Of a stretch of DNA of 64,000 bases, positions 62,401-64,000 are shown piece after piece. Source of the DNA: Longimicrobiales bacterium (GTDB lineage Bacteria; Gemmatimonadota; Gemmatimonadetes; Longimicrobiales; Gaopeijiaceae); NCBI GenBank assembly GCA_965219445.1, contig CBDCNQ010000005.1, positions 384,001-448,000 of the forward strand, in the 5' to 3' direction. The notes under the pieces were generated by a model. That model searched no databases. It was given only the letters and a program-made list of their open reading frames with translations, and was not told where the DNA came from. Made by a program: the position numbers and the translations under genes. The first letter of the stretch is position 1. Each line of letters begins with the position of its first letter.

Positions 62401-63057
62401 CTAGACTACTCCTTCCCCCACGAGAATGGACAGATAGGAGCTTGGGGATACGACTTCGATGCCCACCGTCTGGTTCCACCCACTGTAGGTGACCTGATGT
62501 CCTATTGCGGGCAGGGGTGGATCAGCGACTACCACTTCACCAACGCGCTTCGCTACCGGCTGTTCGACGAGGGGCCGCCGCTGGTGGCGGCAAAGTCCCT
62601 CCTCCTATGGGGCGGGATGGATGCGGAAGGCGACCCGTTCCTCAACCCTGCCTTCATCGTCGACGCCCCACCCGCGCTCCCCGATTCCACTGGTGGGCAC
62701 CGGATCACCGGACGGACCGCCAGCGGCAGTGAGCTCTTCGCCCTCGACTTCGCCATGCCCGAGGTGGTCGACGGCGACGGGAGCTCGTCCTTCGCCTTCG
62801 TCCTCCCGGCTCAGCCCGGCTGGGCCAGCAACCTGGCGACCCTCACGCTCTCAGGGCCCGGTGGGTCGGTTACGCTGGACAGCGACACGGACCTGCCCAT
62901 GACCATCCTGCTCGATCCGAGCACCGGACAGGTGAGGGGGATCCTGCAGGACTTGCCGCAGGCAGACGCAGCGGCCCTCGCCCCTCAAGCGGGTTTCGAC
63001 AGTCTCGATGTGCTCTTCAGTCGCGGGCTTCCCGATGCCGCGGCCTGGAGTCGGTGA
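59488..63057 (+). CDS. Lipoprotein with Ig-like (Big_2), plant-type LRR blocks and zinc metallopeptidase domain
   Basis: LAKGC lipobox; LxLxxNxLsGpIPpELGxL repeats with ALYEATDG.NW caps; HELGHNMGLYH and DLMSY Met-turn. The ORF-track start at 59242 lies in the res-like repeat. Confidence 0.88.
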   Translation: MTRHRTIIRLSAVLAVVALAKGCGDGDSPTAPPTPEPARPTTVTVTPATAELTALGATVQLRAEVRDQNARVMAGTTVTWTSSANSVATVNASGLVVGVAEGTATITASAGSAQGTAEIMVGPNRDGAALIALYEATDGPNWVDAENWLTDAPLGDWYGVDADDSGRVVGLSLGRNNLTGSIPPELGNLTSLTRLWLRSNNLTGSIPTEFGRLTRLTHLWLERNNLSGPIPESFLQIDGLTRFHFERNADLCAPGTSDFVTWLQDIPDVSPSPYCNESDMEVLELVYETSGGPNWIESTGWLETPALEAWHGVTANSLGQVVALDLARNGLMGRLPANLGSLADMTTLRVGGNALSGPLPRSLAQLSLVEFHYADTHLCAPAVASFRVWLNGIASLEGTGVECAPPSDREILVALYEATDGRNWAIADNWLTVAPLEDWYGVWADARGRVTRLSLSDNELAGPIPAELGDLAALNGLTLSHNNLSGPIPPELGNLPMLAGLLLSSNNLAGPIPPEFGRLTRLTHLWLERNNLSGPIPPELGSLADLLVLSLGENDLSGPIPPELGSLANMTRLYLGDNDLTGEIPPGLGNLARLERMDLYANDLSGPIPRELGSLTNLESLRLVNNDLTGPVPPEFGGMSSLRRLSLTNNSGMSGALPAGLTALRLEALLAGGTDLCAPPDPGFQAWLEGVHRRRVAACANGDPPMAYVTQAVQSREYPVPLVAGEKALLRVFVTAARHTTAGIPSVRARFYLNGTETHVADIPAMTTPIPTEVLEHDLSISANAEIPGEIVQPGLEMVIEIDLEGVLDPGVGVSKRIPETGRQVVEVREMPVFDLTVIPFLWGPKPDALVLDVTEAMAEDPHNHELLAMTRTLLPVEDLVLTRHEPVVTSHNNSLDLIRETEAIRVLEGGRGYYMGTMTGEFAGIDGLALQNGRSIFSKTDRGERSEFVIAHELGHNMGLYHPPGCRAGHLDYSFPHENGQIGAWGYDFDAHRLVPPTVGDLMSYCGQGWISDYHFTNALRYRLFDEGPPLVAAKSLLLWGGMDAEGDPFLNPAFIVDAPPALPDSTGGHRITGRTASGSELFALDFAMPEVVDGDGSSSFAFVLPAQPGWASNLATLTLSGPGGSVTLDSDTDLPMTILLDPSTGQVRGILQDLPQADAAALAPQAGFDSLDVLFSRGLPDAAAWSR

Positions 63058-63129
63058 GACTTGGTGGCTAGTCACCTGAGGGGACCTCCTGTCCGCGGAC
63101 GTCTTCGACTGCCCAATGGATTCCCGGTC

Positions 63130-63900
63130 CTTAAGAGGGATGTAATGAGGGAATTGAGAGAGATAGGCTAGTAGTAAGTCATTAAGTAACAGTACGTTAC
63201 AGATTTCTTAGCGCGTACTTCGACGCGCTGGCCGGTGGGCCGTCTCGTTCACGTCTGGGCGGAGCTTGGTTTTCTCTTTCTGCTTCTTCTTAGCCACTAT
63301 TCAGGCTCCGCAAAGGCTCGCGCGAGTGATTCCAGCGTTCTGAGTGCCGATTCCATGGCCCCCGTGTGTAACTATTCAAACTGACCCACTACTTCGATCG
63401 TGTAGGTGGTCCCGTCGACCGCGAACGACGTCTGGCTGAGGCTCCCGTCGTCTGGACTGAAGCCGTAGACGCCCCAACCACCCCAGCCGCCGGACGGTTC
63501 CACCTGGCCAAGCGTCAGAACAGGCGGTCAGATGGCGTTAGCGCTCGGGCGCGTGGCGATCCGGGGCCGACACGTCCGTTCAGTAAGCGTTCGGCGGGGT
63601 GACTAGAGGCGCCTCGCCAGTACGTTCCCGAACGCCCTCGCCGTCGCGACGAGATTCCAACCTTCGGGATCGCCACGTCGTCATCTGCCGGGTCTTCCTC
63701 AGCCCCGCGCGACGCCCGCGACGCCCAAGGGAGCACCCGTCACGGGTTCCGCGAACGTACCGTAAGCTCCCGTGTAATCGCCCGCCAATTATACGGGATC
63801 ACATACGATAGAAACGAGTCGGACCAGAAACTACTGCATACATAAATAACTACAGGTCATATACTTATGATGACATAGGGACAGGATAGACAGTAGATCA
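63130..63900. other. AT-rich att-like patches (63130-63230, 63790-63900) and gene debris
   Basis: Abrupt low-GC patches resembling the integrase-proximal flanks at 14850 and 52000; no matching core repeat found. Confidence 0.3.
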
Positions 63901-64000
63901 ACCGTCCGGGCACGGTGTGGGACGGCGCGACGGGGAGCGGCATGAACTGGCGACTCGCCCTCTCGGAACTCGAGGCGGAGCGAGGACACCTGCGGCTCGA

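Noticed and set aside
63375..63392. TTCAAACTGACCCACTAC as an IS1-like terminal repeat
   Set aside because: Only a remembered resemblance; no transposase or second end nearby.

Overview
GC-rich, almost entirely accessory window: a scrapyard of nested and decayed integrative/mobilisable elements with many gene fragments. Kinase stubs, plant-type LRR proteins and Fn3/SwmB/Calx-beta proteins suggest a host-associated Gemmatimonadota-like bacterium (inference). Main structures: (1) a 13.5-kb island (14822-28367) with a P4-type integrase, bounded by a 12-bp direct repeat that splits a small membrane-protein gene whose intact paralog lies at 46446-46760; (2) a compact transfer module (coupling protein, TadA/CpaF ATPase, ArdC, PD-(D/E)XK relaxase-like protein; 46446-51930) next to a fused kinase-receiver-wHTH regulator and a 3004-aa autotransporter-like adhesin preceded by a (CCTGGCT)x65 tract; (3) a second P4-type integrase with a ColE1-type mobC/A/B/D cassette, plus repeated oriT-like and res-like elements; (4) an IS1111-type IS110 element whose 3' non-coding region carries recognisable guide segments matching its own insertion site in the oriT-proximal conserved sequence, about 10 bp from a group II intron insertion. 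Intact cargo includes flotillin/NfeD, an OprC-like TonB receptor, a lipoprotein NDT-family enzyme, a stand-alone Cas2-like protein and an LRR-metallopeptidase lipoprotein. No rRNA, tRNA or CRISPR array was seen. All family calls are from motif recognition by eye, not database searches.
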